A stretch of DNA of 64,000 nucleotides, from contig JAHDYR010000053.1 in NCBI GenBank assembly GCA_019828565.1, positions 780,272 through 844,271 on the forward strand, in the 5' to 3' direction. The stretch comes from Carpediemonas membranifera BICM. Lineage: Eukaryota; Protista; Fornicata. Shown here piece by piece: positions 50,353 to 60,999 of this stretch (positions within the stretch are counted from its first letter, which is position 1; each line of letters opens with the position of its first letter). The notes under the pieces are model-generated. The model was not told where the DNA came from. It did not search any database and was given only the letters and a program-made list of their open reading frames with translations. The position numbers and the translations under genes were made by a program.

Positions 50353-53300
50353 TTACTGCCTGGAGTGCGCAGCACGGTGTAGTTCTCTCTGCTCAAGAAA
50401 GTCCTCAAACTTGTCACAGCCATCGACATTCTCGAATGGCTCCCACGAAGCTTCGTCCGGCTCATAGCCCAGCCACTCAACCAAGTATTCGCGATTCTCG
50501 ACCGGACCGGAGTCGGGCCGGGACTTCACAATCTTGCTCGGTATATACTCGGCCGCAACAGTGTTAGCCAAGCGAGTAACTTGCTCCACGGACATGTCGC
50601 CGTGATCGAACGGGAGGACCCGGGAAGCGTCGACCCTGAACTGCTTCAGAGATTCAAGGTCACGCACAGTATAGGCAACAACCTTGTTGTACTCCTGGTG
50701 CACCGACACTAGTGCCATTGGGCCACGCAGGCCGGCGGCGAATTTGTCGGGTGGTCTGTCGGGGTAAGCCACCAGGACGTACGGAGTCGAAACCGTGGCA
50801 CGGGCGTCCGGCCTGTACTGCTGTAGGAGCCGCTTGCTCTTAATGCGCTCGGCAGCCATGAGCCGGTACGCCTTGGCCTCGGACAGCCAGTCCTCTTGCT
50901 GGTCAACGATATACGTCTCACCCGGCGCGATAACGGTAATGTCCTTTGGCACTCGCATCTCGGTGCCATACAGGATCTCGGCTGGGGAGAGTCGAGTAGG
51001 GACTCGAGGGGTCGAGTTAACAAGGTATTGGGCAATCGGTAAGCTGTGGACCCAATCATTGGATCTAAACTGGTAACGACGTGCTGTCAGGATGGACTTA
51101 ACCGACACATTCGCTCGCTCTACTAACCCATTCGACTGGGGATGATGAGCCGTCGTCTTTCTCGTTGTAAACCCGAGTCGGGCACTCAGGTCGTTAAAGA
51201 CTGCGTTGACGAACTGGGATCCTCCATCCGTCTGCAGTACCTTCGGTACGCCGTATCGGAGGACCCAGTTATTGACAAACGCCCTGGACGTCTCGACCGC
51301 TCGGGTAGTCTGGAGCGGGACAAGCTCAGTCCAACGTGAGCACATGTCTATTACAACGAGGATATACTTATAGGTCGTGCCGTCGACCGTGCACGAGGTA
51401 GCGGACATAGTGTCCATGGCCACTCGGTCGAAGGGGTGCTCGACCGCGGTGTGCAAACCCGCATCGGAAGAGGCCGGGGGCTTACGCCTTAACTGGCATA
51501 TTGGGCACTTGGCGATATAGTCGTCCACGTCCTTCTGGCGGACACGTACGCCCCAGTCTCGAAGAAGGTTCTTGGTCGCCCAGGCGGACAAGTGAGCCCC
51601 GGCGAAGTGATGCGCCTTCTGCAGCCTGTCCGCGACTTGGGTATCGAGGGTGTTAGCGAACACGCGAGAAAGGCCATCTGCTGCCCCGTTGTCAACACCC
51701 GGAACGTGACGTATGGTGAAATCGAGGTCAGCTAGTTGGTCGTACCATCTACGGACCTTGGGGTTGATGGACTTGGCCATGAACAGCAGGTTGCGGTGAT
51801 CAGTACGGATGGTAAAGTGCGTCCACGAGAGGAATTTCCGCCAACGCTGGACGGCCAGGATGATTGCGTAGGCTTCCTGCTCTGTGGTACTCCACCTAGT
51901 CTGGACCGCGGAGAATGCGTGGGACATGAAAGCGATCGGCTGCCCGTCCTGTAGTAATACGGCGCCGCATCCCACGTCTGAGGCATCGGTCATGAGGACA
52001 TGTGTCGCGTCCGTCTTGAAGTGAACGAGGGAGACCCGCTTAAGGAGCTCGGCGATAACGTCGCCCAGGGCCGCTTGCTGACCCGGCCCACCGGGTTCGG
52101 CCTTGCCAGCCGACACCTGCAACAGAGGATGAGCTCGGGACGCGAAGTTGGGCACGAAGTCACGGAAATAATTGAGGAAACCGACGAGTGCCTGTGCGGA
52201 CCGCTTGCTGGTCGGTAGTTTCAGCTTCTTAATGTCGTCGATGCGGTCTTCGGCAATCCTCACGGTGTCTCCGGACACGAGTCGACCCAGGAACTCGACC
52301 TCAGCCGCGGCGAAGACGCACTTATCGCGACCTAGGTGTAGGTCATACTCTTGGCAACGTTTCAGGACGTCCCATAGGTTCCTTATGTAGGAAGGCTCGT
52401 CCCGACCCATGACAATAATGTCATCGATGTAAATAAGGCACTTCCCTGCCGAGATCAGGTCGGAGAAAGCCTGCTCCATGGCCCACTGGAAATGAGAACC
52501 AGCGTTACGCAGACCAAAGGGCATAGTCGTGTACTCAAACCGTCCAAGGGGAGTCCCGAAGGCGGTCAGAGGACGAGAACGGTCCGTCAGTGCCACCTGA
52601 TGGTAGCCGGCCTTGCAGTCGAGCGTAGCAAAGATGGTATTACCCCTGAGCTTAGCTAGACAATCCTCTATGATCGGGATAGGGTAGTTGAACGGGGAGT
52701 CTTCGCGTTGACCAAACGGAAGTCGATAACGAACCGGGTACGGTCCTTCCCCTTTGGGACCAAGAATGCCGGTGAGGAGTAAGCCGATGCTGATGGCTGG
52801 ATGAAGCCATGTCGGGACAGGTCGTCAAGGTGTTCCTGGAGAAGTGTCTTCTTCTCCGGCGGCATGAAGAACTCGCGGCTAAAGACGGGTTCATCATCAG
52901 ACAAGACTAGATCGTAAGGGATGAGCTTACTCGGACGCCCTACTCTGTCCTCGAACAGGCCGACAAACCGCGCGAGCAGTCTGTCCTGAAGGGAAGACGA
53001 CTTGTCAGACAAGGTGAATAGGCTCAACTTCTGGGGAGTAATGACCGTTGAGACGTCTTCAGCCTGCTCGGCGTCATTGGCGTCAGACTCCTCGCAGTCG
53101 TCAATCTGAGGAAGGATCCCCAGGGTGACCATATCAGGGTACCCAATGATTAGATCGTACTCTGAGGGTAGGAGGTACGCACGAGTAGTAAAGGTGCACC
53201 CACGGGGGACCAGAGCTGATTTGGCAAAGGTTACTTCGGTGGAAATAGTCTGGTCGACTGTGATGACTCCAGCCGGTGTCGTCACCTCGACCGGGTCACA

Positions 53301-54392
53301 ATGCAGGATCTTTTCGCCGGACCTCTCGGCCACTTGCGGCGATATGAAGGTTGCTGACGCGCCACAGTCGAACAACATCGACTCTGCGCTGGTCCTGTAT
53401 ATGGATCCTGACACAATCGGAAGAGCCTGCGCTCTGCGTTTGCTAGACGCCGCGAAACAAGACAAATAAGAATAGTTCTGGACCTTTATACGGTCACAGA
53501 ACTCTCTCTTGTGGCCCTCGCGCCCGCACTTCTCACACTTGGACTTGGGCTTCCGGCACTCGGGGCTGAAATGGCCCTTGCCCCCGCAGTTGTAACAGGT
53601 TGGGGTCGTGCTGGTAGGGCGAGCCCGATCGCGGGACCGCTTGTCCGGGCGGTGATGGTCATGCGGGCGGTCACGACGGTCGTAGGGGCGGTCTCGGCGG
53701 TCATCTCGGCGGTCACGACGGTCGCGCTGGTTACGGCTCTGGCCGCGTTGCGGATGGGCGCCTGGCACGGGCGCTGTCGGACGGCGCGACTGATCGGAGC
53801 GGATCGCCTCGGTGAACGGAGCAAGGTACTCAGCCGACTCGGCTACGTCGCGTGCCGTCTTCATGGTGTATTGCTGGGTCTCCGCCAGTGAGCAACCCTC
53901 AGTCTGCTCCTTCAGTCTGTAGTAGAGGGATTGGCCCTTCACAGCAAAGGCCCGCAAGTAGGCTTCACGAATGGTGTCATCCTCGTCCATGTTAAGGCAC
54001 TCCAACAAGGTGTTGAACTGCGAGTTGAGCTTCGACACCTCGAGCGGCGTGAACGCCGCGATGCGCAGCCTGATAAGGTTCAGGCATTGTTCCTTTCTGG
54101 TGGGGCGCAAGGCAGCGGCGAGTCGCTGCATGATGATCTTCTCTCTGAGCTTGCGTGATGAAGTGGAAGGTTCGTCGTCATGTTGGTCACCCTGAGGAAG
54201 CGGAACCTCCTCTAGGGTCTCTAAGCCTAGCACTTGTGATGCATAGGACTGGATCTCCGGGCTTATAAGCTTGCGGAGCTTCGCCTTACCTCCTCTAGCC
54301 TTAAAGTCACGCAGTGACGTCGTAAAAGCTACGAAAGCGCTGAATGTTGCCTCTTTCAGGAGCGGCGCTTGTTTTTTCTGTTCTCTACCCAT
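50353..54392 (-). CDS. Gag-Pol of D copy 1 (1-nt G-run deletion near 52695 relative to copy 2)
   Basis: Otherwise matches the intact 1346-aa ORF of copy 2. Confidence 0.92.
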
Positions 54393-55767
54393 AGGTAAGT
54401 ACTAGTACTGTGGTTTGGAAGAGAAAGAGTTTACGAGTAAAAAGAGGTTTGGACCCTCCCAGGGATATTGGTAGATATTAATACTGACTACAACACTGCA
54501 ATAAATATTTTCTGTGACCGTCCTCTTGACATGCTACAAAACCTATTGGTCCTCACAGGCGAAGAACATGCCAAGAGGACGTAACTTTTCAATGTTTGTT
54601 TCTCTTTTGGGGGATAATGTCGATGGGGCAATTTCTGCCGCCTGTGGCGCAGTTCGGGCCGAGTTGCAGAGATTGCAGAGACGAGGCACAACTCAGCGGG
54701 CCCACATCGCCATCACCGCCGTGCGCCAGAGTTTGCATCGGCCCGCTCGGGATGGGGTCCATTACTTCGACCAAGTGGCCCCTGCCCGTCGCCTTCGCCG
54801 CCCGCGACAGGCTGACCGCCAGCCTGATGACGGACCAGCCGCAGCTGTGCAGCAACAGGGTTCCGGAAACACTACACAGGGGGACGGCGAGGAGGATGGT
54901 ATGGCATTTGGCGACACCGACGATGACAATATCGGAGGGTACCATGCCTACAGCCCTGCCTCTGATGCCGGACCTGCCGTACCTCAAGACAACATCTCAT
55001 TCGTTGGTTGGGATGACGGATTTGGGTTCGACGGTGGTTTTGATGGTTTTGATTTGTGGTTTGGTGTGGTTTGGAAGAGAAAGAGTTTACGAGTAAAAAG
55101 AGGTTTGGACCCTCCCAGGGATATTGGTAGATATTAATACTGACTACACTTCCCCCCCATGGCCAAGCAGTCGCGCGGCCATCACCACAACCAACATCTG
55201 GTATTACGTGGGGCTAGAGCCACCAATCGAACTTGGGATTACGCTCGCTCATGCCGAACCACTATTGGAATTATCGACGGGATAACGACAACCAACTTCT
55301 GGGATTACGTCTTATTGCAACCTCCAGGTGAGGTATTATGCGTAGTAAGGTGTGACCGAAAGATTCGAGGATGATATCAAAAAGATTCGGAAAAGATCTA
55401 TGCAGCGCTGCTAATTAAGATATGGGTTCAGGAGCTCCTGTATAAGTATAAAAAGGACGTACCACAGCCCCGCCCCCTCGCGGGCACTCTGGGGCTCGCG
55501 CTCGACTCGGGAATTCTGGCCCCGAGCATTTTTAGGCATTTCGCCATCGCTCATACAGAAAGTTCTGGTACGTTGGGCTGATCCGCCCCATTCTTACACA
55601 GTGCCCGAAAAAGGGGTTTTCGAGCCCCAATTCGGCTTCGTTGGCGAGTTCTGACTCTTTTTGTTCTGCGCTGTACCGAAAGTTAACCAACATCATAAGC
55701 ACTGCTCCACGGACGGTAGAAGTCTCGTGGACTGTGTTTGAGATATAAATATTGTGAATAGTCCGTC

Positions 55768-56939
55768 ATGGGGATCACTATGGGCACTTCCATTCGTCAT
55801 TTGGGAAAAGTGCAGGATATGTCGCTTTTTCCTGAGGAAAAGCGGCCAAACATGGCGGATACGCGTGCGCTCGACCAAATTCGTGAGCTTTCGATGGAGT
55901 TAACTGATGACGATTATCGCAAGGTGCTCGAAAATGCCCTTGCGACGATTGCTCGGACGCAACGCTATAAGGCCCGCACGATGAGCGCCCTGCAGAAGAG
56001 GGCCATCCGCAAGAGCGGCGGGAATGCCTCCCAGATGCCCATGATGCGGTTTGTGCGCCTCTATTCTTCTTACCTAGGATCTTCACCGTGCCGGCAACTT
56101 CCGCTCGGGAGCTCTGCCGTGTGCCGGTGGGGGGTGTGATGGAGGGGTGCTTCACGAAGCAGGCAGACCAGCTCGCCGATGTGGTTCGACGGTGCTTGGC
56201 TGGCTACGTTAACTTCGTTGAGGTGCCCCTCGAGGGGATCTTCGATCACCTCTCCACCGGCACGCTGTGGAGCAAGGACGCAGGCGGCTTGCTCGATCTG
56301 TCAGCCGGCCTGCTGGTCCAGCTCCAGCGAGAGCATCGTGCGCTCCGCTTCCTGCGGGAGGCGTCTCGCAGCCGTGCCGAAACCGACTCCGGCATAGTCC
56401 GCGACGCCGTTGACGCCGGCGTTTTCGATCTCAAGGGCAACGGCTCAAACAGGTACGTCACCCCGGAGACCCTGTTCTCGCTCTCCCGCGCTCTCGGCTG
56501 CGGCCAGAGCCTGGCCCGCCGCACCCTGTACCGGGTCGCCGTCTTGGCCCTCGCCCCAGACTACTACCGCTTGTTCCTCCACGGGGAGCGTAGCGAGAAC
56601 GTCTCAGTCACCGCCACTCACTGGGCCGCCCTGGTCGCTAACCTCCGCGCCATGGACGAGCTTCCGTCCCTGCCGGAGCGGCTCGGTCTGGCCATGCAGG
56701 TCTCTGACCCTGAGCGCGAGTACGAGGTCCTTGACGTGCTGGGTCACGAGATCCTGACGGCTGGATCCGACCGCCGACTCATTCTTCACGTTCAGTACGC
56801 GGGCTACACTGCCCCTACCTGCACTGGTCTGGACGAGACCCTCGCTGCCGTCAGCGTGGCTCGCGAGTATCTGATCGACTTTGAGCTCGAGGACTGGATC
56901 AAGGGCCCTGACGACGAGTCCGATGACGACTACCAATAA
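55768..56939 (+). CDS. Antisense accessory gene of element D copy 2 (intron 56049-56077)
   Basis: Same sequence as 49162-50333. Confidence 0.75.
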
Positions 56940-56958
56940 ATCTTGATTGAGAATCCGT

Positions 56959-59900
56959 TTACTGCCTGGAGTGCGCAGCACGGTGTAGTTCTCTCTGCTC
57001 AAGAAAGTCCTCAAACTTGTCACAGCCATCGACATTCTCGAATGGCTCCCACGAAGCTTCGTCCGGCTCATAGCCCAGCCACTCAACCAAGTATTCGCGA
57101 TTCTCGACCGGACCGGAGTCGGGCCGGGACTTCACAATCTTGCTCGGTATATACTCGGCCGCAACAGTGTTAGCCAAGCGAGTAACTTGCTCCACGGACA
57201 TGTCGCCGTGATCGAACGGGAGGACCCGGGAAGCGTCGACCCTGAACTGCTTCAGAGATTCAAGGTCACGCACAGTATAGGCAACAACCTTGTTGTACTC
57301 CTGGTGCACCGACACTAGTGCCATTGGGCCACGCAGGCCGGCGGCGAATTTGTCGGGTGGTCTGTCGGGGTAAGCCACCAGGACGTACGGAGTCGAAACC
57401 GTGGCACGGGCGTCCGGCCTGTACTGCTGTAGGAGCCGCTTGCTCTTAATGCGCTCGGCAGCCATGAGCCGGTACGCCTTGGCCTCGGACAGCCAGTCCT
57501 CTTGCTGGTCAACGATATACGTCTCACCCGGCGCGATAACGGTAATGTCCTTTGGCACTCGCATCTCGGTGCCATACAGGATCTCGGCTGGGGAGAGTCG
57601 AGTAGGGACTCGAGGGGTCGAGTTAACAAGGTATTGGGCAATCGGTAAGCTGTGGACCCAATCATTGGATCTAAACTGGTAACGACGTGCTGTCAGGATG
57701 GACTTAACCGACACATTCGCTCGCTCTACTAACCCATTCGACTGGGGATGATGAGCCGTCGTCTTTCTCGTTGTAAACCCGAGTCGGGCACTCAGGTCGT
57801 TAAAGACTGCGTTGACGAACTGGGATCCTCCATCCGTCTGCAGTACCTTCGGTACGCCGTATCGGAGGACCCAGTTATTGACAAACGCCCTGGACGTCTC
57901 GACCGCTCGGGTAGTCTGGAGCGGGACAAGCTCAGTCCAACGTGAGCACATGTCTATTACAACGAGGATATACTTATAGGTCGTGCCGTCGACCGTGCAC
58001 GAGGTAGCGGACATAGTGTCCATGGCCACTCGGTCGAAGGGGTGCTCGACCGCGGTGTGCAAACCCGCATCGGAAGAGGCCGGGGGCTTACGCCTTAACT
58101 GGCATATTGGGCACTTGGCGATATAGTCGTCCACGTCCTTCTGGCGGACACGTACGCCCCAGTCTCGAAGAAGGTTCTTGGTCGCCCAGGCGGACAAGTG
58201 AGCCCCGGCGAAGTGATGCGCCTTCTGCAGCCTGTCCGCGACTTGGGTATCGAGGGTGTTAGCGAACACGCGAGAAAGGCCATCTGCTGCCCCGTTGTCA
58301 ACACCCGGAACGTGACGTATGGTGAAATCGAGGTCAGCTAGTTGGTCGTACCATCTACGGACCTTGGGGTTGATGGACTTGGCCATGAACAGCAGGTTGC
58401 GGTGATCAGTACGGATGGTAAAGTGCGTCCACGAGAGGAATTTCCGCCAACGCTGGACGGCCAGGATGATTGCGTAGGCTTCCTGCTCTGTGGTACTCCA
58501 CCTAGTCTGGACCGCGGAGAATGCGTGGGACATGAAAGCGATCGGCTGCCCGTCCTGTAGTAATACGGCGCCGCATCCCACGTCTGAGGCATCGGTCATG
58601 AGGACATGTGTCGCGTCCGTCTTGAAGTGAACGAGGGAGACCCGCTTAAGGAGCTCGGCGATAACGTCGCCCAGGGCCGCTTGCTGACCCGGCCCACCGG
58701 GTTCGGCCTTGCCAGCCGACACCTGCAACAGAGGATGAGCTCGGGACGCGAAGTTGGGCACGAAGTCACGGAAATAATTGAGGAAACCGACGAGTGCCTG
58801 TGCGGACCGCTTGCTGGTCGGTAGTTTCAGCTTCTTAATGTCGTCGATGCGGTCTTCGGCAATCCTCACGGTGTCTCCGGACACGAGTCGACCCAGGAAC
58901 TCGACCTCAGCCGCGGCGAAGACGCACTTATCGCGACCTAGGTGTAGGTCATACTCTTGGCAACGTTTCAGGACGTCCCATAGGTTCCTTATGTAGGAAG
59001 GCTCGTCCCGACCCATGACAATAATGTCATCGATGTAAATAAGGCACTTCCCTGCCGAGATCAGGTCGGAGAAAGCCTGCTCCATGGCCCACTGGAAATG
59101 AGAACCAGCGTTACGCAGACCAAAGGGCATAGTCGTGTACTCAAACCGTCCAAGGGGAGTCCCGAAGGCGGTCAGAGGACGAGAACGGTCCGTCAGTGCC
59201 ACCTGATGGTAGCCGGCCTTGCAGTCGAGCGTAGCAAAGATGGTATTACCCCTGAGCTTAGCTAGACAATCCTCTATGATCGGGATAGGGTAGTTGAACG
59301 GGGGAGTCTTCGCGTTGACCAAACGGAAGTCGATAACGAACCGGGTACGGTCCTTCCCCTTTGGGACCAAGAATGCCGGTGAGGAGTAAGCCGATGCTGA
59401 TGGCTGGATGAAGCCATGTCGGGACAGGTCGTCAAGGTGTTCCTGGAGAAGTGTCTTCTTCTCCGGCGGCATGAAGAACTCGCGGCTAAAGACGGGTTCA
59501 TCATCAGACAAGACTAGATCGTAAGGGATGAGCTTACTCGGACGCCCTACTCTGTCCTCGAACAGGCCGACAAACCGCGCGAGCAGTCTGTCCTGAAGGG
59601 AAGACGACTTGTCAGACAAGGTGAATAGGCTCAACTTCTGGGGAGTAATGACCGTTGAGACGTCTTCAGCCTGCTCGGCGTCATTGGCGTCAGACTCCTC
59701 GCAGTCGTCAATCTGAGGAAGGATCCCCAGGGTGACCATATCAGGGTACCCAATGATTAGATCGTACTCTGAGGGTAGGAGGTACGCACGAGTAGTAAAG
59801 GTGCACCCACGGGGGACCAGAGCTGATTTGGCAAAGGTTACTTCGGTGGAAATAGTCTGGTCGACTGTGATGACTCCAGCCGGTGTCGTCACCTCGACCG

Positions 59901-60999
59901 GGTCACAATGCAGGATCTTTTCGCCGGACCTCTCGGCCACTTGCGGCGATATGAAGGTTGCTGACGCGCCACAGTCGAACAACATCGACTCTGCGCTGGT
60001 CCTGTATATGGATCCTGACACAATCGGAAGAGCCTGCGCTCTGCGTTTGCTAGACGCCGCGAAACAAGACAAATAAGAATAGTTCTGGACCTTTATACGG
60101 TCACAGAACTCTCTCTTGTGGCCCTCGCGCCCGCACTTCTCACACTTGGACTTGGGCTTCCGGCACTCGGGGCTGAAATGGCCCTTGCCCCCGCAGTTGT
60201 AACAGGTTGGGGTCGTGCTGGTAGGGCGAGCCCGATCGCGGGACCGCTTGTCCGGGCGGTGATGGTCATGCGGGCGGTCACGACGGTCGTAGGGGCGGTC
60301 TCGGCGGTCATCTCGGCGGTCACGACGGTCGCGCTGGTTACGGCTCTGGCCGCGTTGCGGATGGGCGCCTGGCACGGGCGCTGTCGGACGGCGCGACTGA
60401 TCGGAGCGGATCGCCTCGGTGAACGGAGCAAGGTACTCAGCCGACTCGGCTACGTCGCGTGCCGTCTTCATGGTGTATTGCTGGGTCTCCGCCAGTGAGC
60501 AACCCTCAGTCTGCTCCTTCAGTCTGTAGTAGAGGGATTGGCCCTTCACAGCAAAGGCCCGCAAGTAGGCTTCACGAATGGTGTCATCCTCGTCCATGTT
60601 AAGGCACTCCAACAAGGTGTTGAACTGCGAGTTGAGCTTCGACACCTCGAGCGGCGTGAACGCCGCGATGCGCAGCCTGATAAGGTTCAGGCATTGTTCC
60701 TTTCTGGTGGGGCGCAAGGCAGCGGCGAGTCGCTGCATGATGATCTTCTCTCTGAGCTTGCGTGATGAAGTGGAAGGTTCGTCGTCATGTTGGTCACCCT
60801 GAGGAAGCGGAACCTCCTCTAGGGTCTCTAAGCCTAGCACTTGTGATGCATAGGACTGGATCTCCGGGCTTATAAGCTTGCGGAGCTTCGCCTTACCTCC
60901 TCTAGCCTTAAAGTCACGCAGTGACGTCGTAAAAGCTACGAAAGCGCTGAATGTTGCCTCTTTCAGGAGCGGCGCTTGTTTTTTCTGTTCTCTACCCAT
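56959..60999 (-). CDS. Intact single-ORF Gag-PR-RT-RH-IN-chromodomain polyprotein, 1346 aa
   Basis: Two CCHC knuckles, FDCGAS protease, YIDD, TDAS, HHCC, DDE, RGPM, chromodomain YLVEWLGY...WEP. Confidence 0.96.
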   Translation of the reverse strand: MGREQKKQAPLLKEATFSAFVAFTTSLRDFKARGGKAKLRKLISPEIQSYASQVLGLETLEEVPLPQGDQHDDEPSTSSRKLREKIIMQRLAAALRPTRKEQCLNLIRLRIAAFTPLEVSKLNSQFNTLLECLNMDEDDTIREAYLRAFAVKGQSLYYRLKEQTEGCSLAETQQYTMKTARDVAESAEYLAPFTEAIRSDQSRRPTAPVPGAHPQRGQSRNQRDRRDRRDDRRDRPYDRRDRPHDHHRPDKRSRDRARPTSTTPTCYNCGGKGHFSPECRKPKSKCEKCGREGHKREFCDRIKVQNYSYLSCFAASSKRRAQALPIVSGSIYRTSAESMLFDCGASATFISPQVAERSGEKILHCDPVEVTTPAGVITVDQTISTEVTFAKSALVPRGCTFTTRAYLLPSEYDLIIGYPDMVTLGILPQIDDCEESDANDAEQAEDVSTVITPQKLSLFTLSDKSSSLQDRLLARFVGLFEDRVGRPSKLIPYDLVLSDDEPVFSREFFMPPEKKTLLQEHLDDLSRHGFIQPSASAYSSPAFLVPKGKDRTRFVIDFRLVNAKTPPFNYPIPIIEDCLAKLRGNTIFATLDCKAGYHQVALTDRSRPLTAFGTPLGRFEYTTMPFGLRNAGSHFQWAMEQAFSDLISAGKCLIYIDDIIVMGRDEPSYIRNLWDVLKRCQEYDLHLGRDKCVFAAAEVEFLGRLVSGDTVRIAEDRIDDIKKLKLPTSKRSAQALVGFLNYFRDFVPNFASRAHPLLQVSAGKAEPGGPGQQAALGDVIAELLKRVSLVHFKTDATHVLMTDASDVGCGAVLLQDGQPIAFMSHAFSAVQTRWSTTEQEAYAIILAVQRWRKFLSWTHFTIRTDHRNLLFMAKSINPKVRRWYDQLADLDFTIRHVPGVDNGAADGLSRVFANTLDTQVADRLQKAHHFAGAHLSAWATKNLLRDWGVRVRQKDVDDYIAKCPICQLRRKPPASSDAGLHTAVEHPFDRVAMDTMSATSCTVDGTTYKYILVVIDMCSRWTELVPLQTTRAVETSRAFVNNWVLRYGVPKVLQTDGGSQFVNAVFNDLSARLGFTTRKTTAHHPQSNGLVERANVSVKSILTARRYQFRSNDWVHSLPIAQYLVNSTPRVPTRLSPAEILYGTEMRVPKDITVIAPGETYIVDQQEDWLSEAKAYRLMAAERIKSKRLLQQYRPDARATVSTPYVLVAYPDRPPDKFAAGLRGPMALVSVHQEYNKVVAYTVRDLESLKQFRVDASRVLPFDHGDMSVEQVTRLANTVAAEYIPSKIVKSRPDSGPVENREYLVEWLGYEPDEASWEPFENVDGCDKFEDFLEQRELHRAAHSRQ

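Larger units (their letters stand above)
48459..54492 (-). mobile_element. Ty3/gypsy chromodomain LTR retrotransposon D, copy 1; 84-bp LTRs (48459-48542, 54409-54492)
   Basis: Identical LTRs, 4-bp TSD ACAC, G-rich PPT at 48543-48552 on minus. Confidence 0.95.

Noticed and set aside
54468-54486. Tf1-style self-priming via LTR sequence AGTATTAATAT pairing with the D palindrome
   Set aside because: Needs wobbles and a mismatch, probably lies in U3, and no equivalent was seen in A or B.
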